DNA from: Geobacter metallireducens GS-15
GTDB taxonomy: Bacteria; Desulfobacterota; Desulfuromonadia; Geobacterales; Geobacteraceae
NCBI RefSeq assembly: GCF_000012925.1
Contig: NC_007517.1
Span: 3,210,001-3,242,000, forward strand
Length of the DNA stretch: 32,000 nt
Direction of reading: 5' to 3'
Translations under genes and position numbers: made by a program
Notes under the pieces: generated by a model
The model's input: the letters and a program-made list of their open reading frames with translations, nothing else
What the model was told of the DNA's origin: nothing
The model's database searches: none
In this document: in pieces, positions 17,845 to 25,827 of the stretch
Numbering within the stretch: position 1 is the first letter of the stretch
How the letters are laid out: each line of letters begins with the position of its first letter

Positions 17845-18660
17845 TCACTTCACTGGCACGTCGGAGAGCTTCACAAACCGGAATCCCCTTTTTCGGAGCT
17901 CGGGTATGGCTGCCATGACCCCGGCGGCGGTGCCCGACTCGGGATGATTCATATGGAGGAGGGCGATATCGCCCGGTCGGGCCTTCAGGAGGGCAGCGCG
18001 CACCTGCTGGGAAGAAAAGGTCGCCCCCGCGTCGCCGAGAAGGGAATAGCCGGCCACCCGCTCTCCCAGGGCCGCGGCAATCTCTACCGCCACCTCGTCG
18101 TAGTAGGCGGTGCCCGAGCGGTAGAAGGCGGGGCGCTTGCCCGTGGTCTCCTCGATCCGCCGGGCGTTCAGTTCGATCTCGTCCACCACGTCGCCCACGG
18201 TGCGGGTTCCCGCAATGCCGTATGCCTTTTGCCCCGCAACCGACGCGGGACGGTGCCGATAACCGTGGTTGGCGATCTCGAACAGGGGATTTGCCACCAG
18301 GCGCCGGAACAGCACCGGATTCGCGTCGATCCAGAGGCCACTCACAAAGAGGGTGGCAGGAATTCTCTCCCGCTCCAGAAAATCGATGAGGGGTGCGTCG
18401 AACCCCTTGCCCCGTGGACTGCCGCAGGCGTCGAAGGTCAAGGCAATGCTCTTGTCGCCCCCCGCCAGGCGAGTTTTGACCCCCGTTACCGTTTCGCCCC
18501 ACTCCTTCGGTGTCCGGCCGTCGAAGCGGGTGACAAGGCCTTCACGCAGGGATGCGTACCCGTTGCCGGCAGATTCGTGGAGCGGGGCAGACACCTCTGC
18601 TGAACCGGCACCAGCACCGAGCATTAGAGCGGCTGCCACCCAAAAAAACAGAAGCTTCAT
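17845..18660 (-). CDS. Polysaccharide deacetylase (NodB-homology) family protein, secreted
   Basis: Inner start MKLLFFWVAAALMLGAGAGSAEV (signal peptide) within ORF 17845..19191. Motifs include IALTFDACG, ATLFVSG..., FEIANHGYRH and HMNHPESGT. Confidence 0.8.
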   Translation of the reverse strand: MKLLFFWVAAALMLGAGAGSAEVSAPLHESAGNGYASLREGLVTRFDGRTPKEWGETVTGVKTRLAGGDKSIALTFDACGSPRGKGFDAPLIDFLERERIPATLFVSGLWIDANPVLFRRLVANPLFEIANHGYRHRPASVAGQKAYGIAGTRTVGDVVDEIELNARRIEETTGKRPAFYRSGTAYYDEVAVEIAAALGERVAGYSLLGDAGATFSSQQVRAALLKARPGDIALLHMNHPESGTAAGVMAAIPELRKRGFRFVKLSDVPVK

Positions 18661-18716
18661 AGCATCTCCCGTATGCGATTTTTCGGCAATCCTAGCCCCA
18701 ACCGCAGCAACTGTGA

Positions 18717-18754
18717 AGAAAAAAGCGGGCCGCTCCCGAAAAGGACGACCCGCT
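18717..18754 (-). terminator. Probable rho-independent terminator after clpB
   Basis: The minus strand reads AGCGGG...CCCGCT with an imperfect inner stem, followed by TTTTTTCTTC. Confidence 0.5.
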
Positions 18755-18779
18755 ACAGTAACCCGTCTGCAGGAGATTA

Positions 18780-21374
18780 TTATTTTTTCGTAATGACGAG
18801 CCCTTCTCCGCCATGGGAGAGGTCGGCCCGGATGGTGTCCCCCTCCCGGAACTTCCCTTCGAGGAGCATGAGGGCCAGGGGGTCCTGAACCTTGCGCTGG
18901 ATCGCCCGCTTGAGGGGCCGTGCTCCGTAGGCTGGATCGTACCCCTCCTGGGCCAGGTATTCCCGTGCCTTGTCGGTGATCTCCAGGGTGATGTGCCGCT
19001 CGGCGAGGCGCTTCTTCAGCCCTTGGATCTGGATGTCGATGATCTGCTTGATCCGCTCGAGCGGCAGCGCGTGGTAGATGACCACCTCGTCGATCCGGTT
19101 CAGGAACTCGGGTTTGAAGCTCTCCCGCAGGGTCTCGGTCACCATCTGCTTCATGCGGGTGTAGTCGCTGGCGCCATACTGCTGGATCCACTGGGAGCCC
19201 AGGTTGCTCGTCATGATGATGACCGTATTGCGGAAATCCACTGTCCGCCCCTGGCCGTCGGTGAGCCGGCCGTCATCGAGCACCTGGAGGAGGACGTTGA
19301 ACACCTCGGCATGGGCCTTCTCGATTTCGTCGAAAAGGACGATGGAGTAGGGGCGGCGCTTGACCGCTTCCGTGAGCTGCCCCCCCTCCTCGTAGCCGAC
19401 GTAGCCGGGGGGCGCACCGATGAGCCGGGCCACGGTGTGTTTTTCCTGGTACTCGCTCATGTCGATCCGGACAATGGCCTGGTCGTCGTTGAAGAGGAAC
19501 TCGGCCAGGGCCTTGGCGGTTTCGGTCTTCCCGACCCCGGTGGGGCCCAGGAAGAGGAAGGAGCCGATGGGGCGGTTGGGGTCCGAGAGCCCCGACCGGG
19601 CGCGGCGGATGGCGTTGGCCACCAGCAGCAGGGCGTCGTTCTGGCCCACCACGCGGGTCTTGAGCCGCTCCTCCATGTGCACGAGCTTGTCCGCCTCCCC
19701 CTCCATCATGCGTGAGACCGGAACACCAGTCCAGCGGGAGACGATTTCAGCCACCAGTTCGCCATCAACCTCTTCGGGGAGCATCTTCCCTTCCTTCTGG
19801 AGCGCCTCCAGTTGCTGCTTCTTCTCCTCCATTTCCTTCTCGATGGCAGGAATCTCTCCATAGCGGATCTCCGCGGTACGGGCCAGGTTCCCCTCCCGCT
19901 CGGCCTTCTTCGCCTGCTCTTTCCTCTCCTCAAGCTGCTGCTTCAGTTCGCTGAGTCCCTTGATAATTTCCTTCTCCTGCCGCCAGTGGGCCTTCAGCTC
20001 CGCCGCTTGGGCCTGGAGCCCGTTCAGCTCGTCAGTCAGCTTCTGGAGACGCTCCAGGGCGTGGGGGTCCTGCTCCCGCAAAAGCGCCTGCTTCTCGATC
20101 TCCAGTTGGATGATCTTCCGCTCCACCTCGTCGATCTCGGTTGGCATGGAGTCAATCTCGATCCTCAGGCGCGAGGCGGCCTCGTCGATGAGGTCGATGG
20201 CCTTGTCGGGGAGGAAGCGGTCGGTGATGTAGCGGTCCGAAAGCGTGGCGGCGGCGATGATGGCGCTGTCCTTGATCCGGATGCCGTGGTAGGTCTCGTA
20301 CTTCTCCTTGAGCCCCCGGAGGATGGCAATGGTGTCCTCCACGCTCGGCTCGCCGGTGTAGACCTGCTGGAAGCGCCGCTCCAGGGCCGCGTCCTTCTCG
20401 ATGTACTTGCGGTACTCGTTGAGGGTGGTGGCGCCGATGCAGTGGAGCTCCCCCCGGGCCAAGGCCGGCTTGAGCATGTTGGAGGCGTCCATGGCCCCCT
20501 CGGCGGCTCCGGCCCCCACCAGGGTGTGGAGCTCGTCAATGAAGAGGATCACCTTTCCCTCGGACTTGGCCACCTCCTTGATAACCGCCTTGAGCCGCTC
20601 CTCGAACTCCCCCCGATACTTGGCGCCGGCGATGAGGGCCCCCATGTCGAGGGCCACGAGGCGCTTATCCTTCAGGGATTCCGGCACGTCCCCCGAGACA
20701 ATCCGCTGGGCGAGCCCCTCCACGATGGCGGTCTTCCCCACCCCCGGCTCACCGATGAGGACCGGGTTGTTCTTGGTGCGCCGGGACAGGACCTGCAGCA
20801 CCCGCCGGATTTCATCATCCCGGCCGATAACCGGGTCAAGCTTCCCCTGGCGGGCCAGGTCGGTCAGGTCCCGGGCGTACTTGGTCAGAGCCTGGTACTT
20901 GTCCTCGGGGCTCTGATCGGTGACCCGCTCGCCGCCGCGGATCTCCACGAGCGCCGCCAGCACGTTCTCGCGGGTGGCGCCGCCATCGAGAAGCGCCCGA
21001 GTTGCCGCGCACTGTTTGTCGGCGAAGAAGCCGAGGAGAAGGTGCTCGGTGGAGACGAACTCGTCCTTCATGGCATCGGCTTCCCGCTGGGCCCCGTCGA
21101 GAATCCGGTTCAGAGAGGGCGAGAGGTAGGCCTGGGCCGTGGCGCCGCTCACCTGGGGGAGCTTTTTAAGGAGCGCGTCAACGGAGCTCCGCAGGGAGGC
21201 AGGCGCGGCTCCCACCTTCTGGAGGATCGGGGCCACAAGCCCCCCTTCCTGCTCGAGGAGCGCTGCGAGGAGATGTTCCGGTTCGATGGTGCCGTTTCCC
21301 TGCCGCGCGGCGAGCTGCTGGGCGCCGGCCAGGGCCTCCTGGGTCTTTATGGTCATTTTTTCGGGTCGAATCAT
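18780..21374 (-). CDS. clpB: ATP-dependent disaggregase ClpB
   Basis: 864 aa with two AAA+ modules ([15 protein letters not shown] and [15 protein letters not shown]), a long coiled-coil middle domain and an AAGGAGAG SD. Confidence 0.97.
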   Translation of the reverse strand: MIRPEKMTIKTQEALAGAQQLAARQGNGTIEPEHLLAALLEQEGGLVAPILQKVGAAPASLRSSVDALLKKLPQVSGATAQAYLSPSLNRILDGAQREADAMKDEFVSTEHLLLGFFADKQCAATRALLDGGATRENVLAALVEIRGGERVTDQSPEDKYQALTKYARDLTDLARQGKLDPVIGRDDEIRRVLQVLSRRTKNNPVLIGEPGVGKTAIVEGLAQRIVSGDVPESLKDKRLVALDMGALIAGAKYRGEFEERLKAVIKEVAKSEGKVILFIDELHTLVGAGAAEGAMDASNMLKPALARGELHCIGATTLNEYRKYIEKDAALERRFQQVYTGEPSVEDTIAILRGLKEKYETYHGIRIKDSAIIAAATLSDRYITDRFLPDKAIDLIDEAASRLRIEIDSMPTEIDEVERKIIQLEIEKQALLREQDPHALERLQKLTDELNGLQAQAAELKAHWRQEKEIIKGLSELKQQLEERKEQAKKAEREGNLARTAEIRYGEIPAIEKEMEEKKQQLEALQKEGKMLPEEVDGELVAEIVSRWTGVPVSRMMEGEADKLVHMEERLKTRVVGQNDALLLVANAIRRARSGLSDPNRPIGSFLFLGPTGVGKTETAKALAEFLFNDDQAIVRIDMSEYQEKHTVARLIGAPPGYVGYEEGGQLTEAVKRRPYSIVLFDEIEKAHAEVFNVLLQVLDDGRLTDGQGRTVDFRNTVIIMTSNLGSQWIQQYGASDYTRMKQMVTETLRESFKPEFLNRIDEVVIYHALPLERIKQIIDIQIQGLKKRLAERHITLEITDKAREYLAQEGYDPAYGARPLKRAIQRKVQDPLALMLLEGKFREGDTIRADLSHGGEGLVITKK

Positions 21375-21403
21375 GGGGCGCTCTCCTTTCCTAGTACAGG
21401 AAA

Positions 21404-21433
21404 AACATAGGCACGCCCCGGGGGGAAGTCAAG
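21404..21433 (-). promoter_or_regulatory. Possible sigma32-type heat-shock promoter of clpB (CTTGAC-N16-CCTATGTT)
   Basis: Read on the minus strand, 30-60 nt upstream of the clpB start. It resembles CTTGAA...CCCCATNT, but the spacer is on the long side. Confidence 0.3.
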
Positions 21434-21460
21434 GAAGGGGAAACATGAATTGTGGGGGGA

Positions 21461-21637
21461 TCAGGGGGAGGAAAGGAGATCCAGCTCCATCTGCTTCCAG
21501 TTCTCCCGCTTGATCTTCGGGCCGGGATAGTAGCGGGGGCAGGAGGAGATGACGACCGTGGCCGCCTGCTTGCACTGGCGACGGCAGGAGAGGCAGAGCT
21601 TGTTGACGTCGGGATTCCGCTTCATGGGCACCTTCAT
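21461..21637 (-). CDS. Small Cys-rich hypothetical protein (58 aa; 54 aa if it starts at 21625)
   Basis: MKVPMKRNPDVNKLCLSCRRQCKQAATVVISSCPRYYPGPKIKRENWKQMELDLLSSP. 53 of 58 codons end in G/C, which is a strong coding signature for this genome. It lies between the ilvE terminator and the clpB promoter. Confidence 0.55.
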   Translation of the reverse strand: MKVPMKRNPDVNKLCLSCRRQCKQAATVVISSCPRYYPGPKIKRENWKQMELDLLSSP

Positions 21638-21690
21638 AGAGATGTGCGAATGATATCTCCGCTGCCTCAATAGTAGCAGAAAGTGGGGAC

Positions 21691-21717
21691 AAAAGAAAAG
21701 GCGGCGTTTCCGCCGCC
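21691..21717 (-). terminator. Rho-independent terminator after ilvE
   Basis: The minus strand reads GGCGGCG-GAAA-CGCCGCC followed by TTTTCTTTT. Confidence 0.7.
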
Positions 21718-21730
21718 CATTCCCTCTGAA

Positions 21731-22804
21731 TCATGCGATCTTGCGGGTCCAGCCGAAGGTGTCGGGAACCTTGCCGGTCTGAATGCCGGTCAGAGTATCG
21801 TAGAGCTGCTGGGTAATCGGCCCCACGCCGCCATTGCCGACCGTACAGACTTCGTCCTTGTACGCAAGAACGCCGACCGGGCTGATGACTGCAGCAGTGC
21901 CGCTGCCGAAAGCCTCGGTCACCTTGCCGGCACGAATGTCCGCCATGAGCTCATTCACGTCGATGAGGCGCTCCTCGATGGTGTAGCCGAGGCTCGCAGC
22001 CAGCTTCAGGGTGGAGTCGCGGGTGACGCCGTTCAGGATCGTGCCGGTGAGAGAAGCGGTGACAATGGTCTTCCCATAGGCGAAGAGCATATTCATGGCC
22101 CCCACTTCCTCAATATAGCGACGGTGGACCCCGTCGAGCCAGAGGACCTGGTCATACCCCTTTTTCTTCGCCTCAAGGCCGGCCTTGAGGGAGCAGGCGT
22201 AATTGCCGCCGGTCTTGGCCTCCCCGGTGCCGCCGGGGACGGAGCGGACGTACTGGTCCTCCACCATGATCTTGATGGGGTTGAACCCCGCGGAGTAATA
22301 CGCACCAACAGGAGAGAGGATCACGTAGAAGTAGTAGTGATCAGCGGGCTTCACCCCCAGGACCGGGTCCACGCCGATCATGGTGGGACGGATGTAGAGG
22401 GAGGTCCCTTCCGACGAGGGAATCCAGTCGCGCTCCAACGCCACGAGCTTCTCGATGCCGTCAAGGAAAAGCTCCTCCGGCACCTCTGGCATGCAGAGGC
22501 GATCGGCTGAGTGGTTGAAACGTCGAGCGTTCATCTCGGGGCGGAAGAGGGTGATGGTGCCGTCGGCCCACTTGTAGGCCTTGAGCCCCTCGAAGATCTC
22601 CTGGGCATAGTGAAGAACAGAGCAGGCCGGATCGAGGACGAAGGGGGCATAGGGCTCAATCCGGGCATCGACCCACCCCTGGCCGATTTTCCACTCGACC
22701 ATAAACATCCGGTCGGTAAAGAGCTTGCCGAAACCGAGCTGGGATTCGTCGGTGTACTTGGGCTTTTTCCGGCCCTCCGGGAGCGGCGCGATTCTGATCT
22801 CCAT
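21731..22804 (-). CDS. ilvE: Branched-chain amino acid aminotransferase (long, class IV type)
   Basis: 357 aa with FTDRMFMVEW, LHYAQEIFEGLKAYK, YIRPTMIG, GGTGEAKTGGNYA and EAFGSGTAAVISPV. Confidence 0.93.
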   Translation of the reverse strand: MEIRIAPLPEGRKKPKYTDESQLGFGKLFTDRMFMVEWKIGQGWVDARIEPYAPFVLDPACSVLHYAQEIFEGLKAYKWADGTITLFRPEMNARRFNHSADRLCMPEVPEELFLDGIEKLVALERDWIPSSEGTSLYIRPTMIGVDPVLGVKPADHYYFYVILSPVGAYYSAGFNPIKIMVEDQYVRSVPGGTGEAKTGGNYACSLKAGLEAKKKGYDQVLWLDGVHRRYIEEVGAMNMLFAYGKTIVTASLTGTILNGVTRDSTLKLAASLGYTIEERLIDVNELMADIRAGKVTEAFGSGTAAVISPVGVLAYKDEVCTVGNGGVGPITQQLYDTLTGIQTGKVPDTFGWTRKIA

Positions 22805-22990
22805 CTGCTGAAACCTCCATTGATTCGGCGCGGAGCGTCGTAATATGAAACTCTTTACGGTTTATCACATGAATACCACAGGGGGCAAGGGGTTTCCCCC
22901 GGCAATCCGGACGCTCCCCCGTCCCCGACATCCCTCCCCCTGGCCCGGCAGGCGCTGCTCTGCACAAAAGAAACTAATTACGACAACCCC

Positions 22991-23019
22991 TTGATTTTTC
23001 TTTTTTCCCTTGTTAAGTT
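22991..23019 (+). promoter_or_regulatory. Candidate sigma70 promoter TTGATT-N17-TAAGTT of rpoH
   Basis: Hexamers are read from the sequence. The CIRCE element begins 2 nt after the -10 hexamer, as expected for operator occlusion. Confidence 0.4.
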
Positions 23020-23020
23020 A

Positions 23021-23047
23021 TTAGCACTCAGACAAACCGAGTGCTAA
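23021..23047 (+). promoter_or_regulatory. CIRCE operator (HrcA binding site), perfect consensus
   Basis: TTAGCACTC-AGACAAACC-GAGTGCTAA equals the CIRCE consensus TTAGCACTC-N9-GAGTGCTAA with no mismatch. It sits 38 nt upstream of the rpoH ATG. Confidence 0.85.
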
Positions 23048-23084
23048 CCCAGTAACAAACCTTTGCGACAGGAGGACCCGATTC

Positions 23085-23924
23085 ATGACCATGAATCTCC
23101 CCGTTGTTGCCGACAGCTTCACCCTCTACCTGGCGGAAATCAGGAAGTTCCCCGTCCTCACCCCCGAGGAGGAACACCTGTACGCCGTAAAGTTCTATGA
23201 AGAGAAGGACCTGGAGGCGGCCCACCGCCTCATCACCGCCAACCTCCGATTTGTGGTGAAGGTCGCTGCCGAGTACAAATCCTACGGCATGAAGATGCTC
23301 GACCTGATCCAGGAGGGGAACATCGGCCTCATGATGGCGGTCCGCAAATTCGACCCCCACAAGGGGATCCGTCTCATCTCCTACGCGGTCTGGTGGATCA
23401 GGGCCTACATCCAGAATTACATCATCTCTGCCTGGAGCCTTCTCAAGATCGGCACCACCCAGGCCCAGAAGAAACTCTTCTTCAAGCTGAACCAGGCCAA
23501 GAATGCCATCCGGCGGCTGACCGGGGGTGACGACACGGAAGCCACCGCCCTCTCCCTCCACGTGAAAGAGTCGGAAGTGATCGAAATGGACCAGCGGATG
23601 CGGGGCGACTACTCTCTGGACGCTGAACTGGTGGACGGGGAAGGGCTCACCATGCTGGATACCCTTGTGGACGAGCGCCAGAACCAGGAGGAAGCCTTGG
23701 CAGAGCAGCAGGAGGCGTCACGCCTCCACGGCCAGGTGACCCAGGCACTGGAACGGCTCAACGAAAAGGAGCGCTACGTAGTCGAGAATCGGGTAACGGC
23801 AGACGAACCACTTACCCTCCAGGAGATCGCCGACCATTTCGCAATCTCCCGCGAGCGGGTCCGTCAGATTGAGGAAGGGGCACTGAAAAAGATAAAGGCC
23901 TATCTGACGCCAATAACTGTCTAG
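23085..23924 (+). CDS. rpoH: RNA polymerase heat-shock sigma factor sigma32
   Basis: 279 aa with region 2 (LIQEGNIGLMMAVRKFDP, YAVWWIRAYIQNYI), an RpoH-box-like QAQKKLFFKLNQ and a region 4 HTH (LTLQEIADHFAISRERVRQIE). SD is CAGGAGGA. Confidence 0.93.
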   Translation: MTMNLPVVADSFTLYLAEIRKFPVLTPEEEHLYAVKFYEEKDLEAAHRLITANLRFVVKVAAEYKSYGMKMLDLIQEGNIGLMMAVRKFDPHKGIRLISYAVWWIRAYIQNYIISAWSLLKIGTTQAQKKLFFKLNQAKNAIRRLTGGDDTEATALSLHVKESEVIEMDQRMRGDYSLDAELVDGEGLTMLDTLVDERQNQEEALAEQQEASRLHGQVTQALERLNEKERYVVENRVTADEPLTLQEIADHFAISRERVRQIEEGALKKIKAYLTPITV

Positions 23925-23957
23925 CCCCCCAAACCATTTTCTCATTGATACATCCAG

Positions 23958-23987
23958 ACCCCGCCTTGACGAGACGGGGTTTTTTTA
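23958..23987 (+). terminator. Rho-independent terminator after rpoH
   Basis: Stem ACCCCG / CGGGGT followed by TTTTTTT. Confidence 0.65.
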
Positions 23988-24033
23988 TTATTACTGTCAA
24001 GAAATACTCATCACCAACGGGGAGAATACCCAC

Positions 24034-24780
24034 ATGTTAACCGCTGAACAATCTGAGCGATACGCCCGGCACCTCATTCTGGAAAACGTTGGCGAGGTGG
24101 GGCAGGAACGGCTCCTGGCAGGACGGGTCATGGTGATCGGTGCCGGTGGCCTCGGCTCCCCCGTTGCCCTCTACCTGGCGGCCGCGGGTGTCGGCACCAT
24201 CGGCATTGCCGATTCAGACAGGGTGGAGCTCTCGAACCTCCAGCGACAGATAGCCCATCACACCGCCGACCTGGGGCGTCCCAAGGTCGTTTCGGCAAGG
24301 GAAAAAATGGCCGCCATGAACCCCGACGTAACCGTCATCCCCTTCGAAACGAGGGTCGAGGCATCGAACATCGCAGAAATCATCGCCGACTTCGATTTCG
24401 TCATCGACGCCACCGACAATTTCGCCGCAAAGTTCCTCATCAACGACGCCTGCGTCGCCGCCGGCAAGCCTTTCTCCCACGGCGGCATTCTCCGCTTCAA
24501 CGGGCAGACCATGACCGTCCTGCCGGGGGAATCCCCCTGCTACCGCTGCATCTTTCCCGAACCTCCGGAAAGCGACGAGGTGGCCACCGCCTGTTCACGG
24601 GCCGGCGTCATCGGGGTCCTTCCCGGCGTCATCGGCACCATCCAGGCCACCGAAGCGATCAAGTATCTCATGGGCATCGGCGAACTCCTTACGGGGCGCC
24701 TTCTCACCTACAGCGCCCTGGCGCTGAAATTCCGCGAAGTTCCCATCAAGAAGAAACTAACGTGCCCCGCCTGCGGTTAG
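24034..24780 (+). CDS. ThiF/MoeB/HesA-family adenylyltransferase (E1-like, no rhodanese domain)
   Basis: 248 aa with RYARHLIL, the nucleotide loop VIGAGGLGSPVALYLAAAGVG, LQRQ and two CxxC pairs (CYRC, CPAC) forming the Zn site. Confidence 0.85.
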   Translation: MLTAEQSERYARHLILENVGEVGQERLLAGRVMVIGAGGLGSPVALYLAAAGVGTIGIADSDRVELSNLQRQIAHHTADLGRPKVVSAREKMAAMNPDVTVIPFETRVEASNIAEIIADFDFVIDATDNFAAKFLINDACVAAGKPFSHGGILRFNGQTMTVLPGESPCYRCIFPEPPESDEVATACSRAGVIGVLPGVIGTIQATEAIKYLMGIGELLTGRLLTYSALALKFREVPIKKKLTCPACG

Positions 24781-25039
24781 GCCGCAGGCGAAAATACCCC
24801 ACCGCCCCTCAAAACCTCCGAGCCTGTGGCAAACTGGTACCTACACGGCTTGCTCACCCATCTCGCGGGCATATTTCTAGCGAATTCGGCTAGTTGCCCA
24901 CGCAAGAAAAACAACACCAAACAAGACATAAATACCGCGATTTTATTTCTTGACAATAACGATAAAATACTCAAAAATCAGATCACACAATTTAACACCA
25001 GGAAACTAAAGAGCCCCACGACGGTCCTGGAGCACGGCA

Positions 25040-25825
25040 ATGGTGGTAGACAATACAAAACTCCAGAAACTCCTGACAGACCCTCCCATGCCTGTCACTT
25101 CACGGGATCTGCGCCGGGACGGAAACGTATTCCACGTGGGAGGCGAGCTCCCCCCCCGGGAAACCCTGGAAACCCTCTTCGACAGCTACTGCCTTGCCCC
25201 CGCCGAACTGTTTCACCTCAGCTTCGGCGCGCCGGACACCTTCTCGAACGGGGAGACCCTGGCGCGCCTCATCAAGAAAAATTTCAACACCCACATCCTG
25301 GGAACGATGGATTTCCCGGTGTCACCGGCTCTTCTGGAGCGGGCGTACGCCGCCGGCGTCGACATCATTCATATCCCCTTCACCGCTTTCGAGCGCTCCG
25401 ACCAAGAGAGCCGTCTTGCCTCGCTCCAGTGCGCCCAGACGGTCTTCCCCCGCTGGGCGGTGGCATCGTCCCTCGTCCTGGGGGAAGCCCCTCTCGAAAC
25501 TCTCCTTGCGGGAATCGATAATCTCCTCTCCCACGGCATCGTTCCGCTGCTGCAATTCCCCGCACCGGCAAGCCGCTGCGGGATTGAAGAGGCGGCAGCA
25601 GCATACGCTCACCTGGCAACGGCGTGGCGGACATCCAAAGCAACCATGGCCCCGCTCCTGCCGCTGATCGCCCTCGCCACCCCCCTCGTTCCGCAGACAC
25701 AGGGGGGAACCCTGCGGGGCTTCATGAACCGGCTCCGGGACCGGCGGCTCTTGGCTGTCTCTGACCTGCGCCGGGCTCTGCGGGTGCGGCAGGTGGAAGA
25801 GTCATTCGAATCGGCGGGGCTCTGA
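25040..25825 (+). CDS. Hypothetical soluble protein (261 aa), first gene of the sulfate-assimilation operon
   Basis: ORF with G/C-rich third positions and a GGAG 8 nt upstream. The stop codon lies 2 nt before the transporter ATG. I recognise no family; the central segment (AGVDIIHIPFTAFE ... SSLVLGEAPLETLLAGIDNLLSHGIVPLL) is vaguely TIM-barrel/radical-SAM-like, but there is no CxxxCxxC. Confidence 0.6.
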   Translation: MVVDNTKLQKLLTDPPMPVTSRDLRRDGNVFHVGGELPPRETLETLFDSYCLAPAELFHLSFGAPDTFSNGETLARLIKKNFNTHILGTMDFPVSPALLERAYAAGVDIIHIPFTAFERSDQESRLASLQCAQTVFPRWAVASSLVLGEAPLETLLAGIDNLLSHGIVPLLQFPAPASRCGIEEAAAAYAHLATAWRTSKATMAPLLPLIALATPLVPQTQGGTLRGFMNRLRDRRLLAVSDLRRALRVRQVEESFESAGL

Positions 25826-25827
25826 TT

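Noticed and set aside
24826-25521. 231-aa ORF spanning the moeB-cys intergenic region and overlapping the 25040..25825 gene in another frame. I also scanned 24781..25039 for a SAM/S-box riboswitch.
   Set aside because: The translation is Pro/Arg/Gly-rich low-complexity sequence and starts in AT-rich promoter DNA. No S-box core elements are present. Only a TTGACA -35-like hexamer (24949-24954) with an ambiguous -10 is seen, which is too weak to report as a feature.
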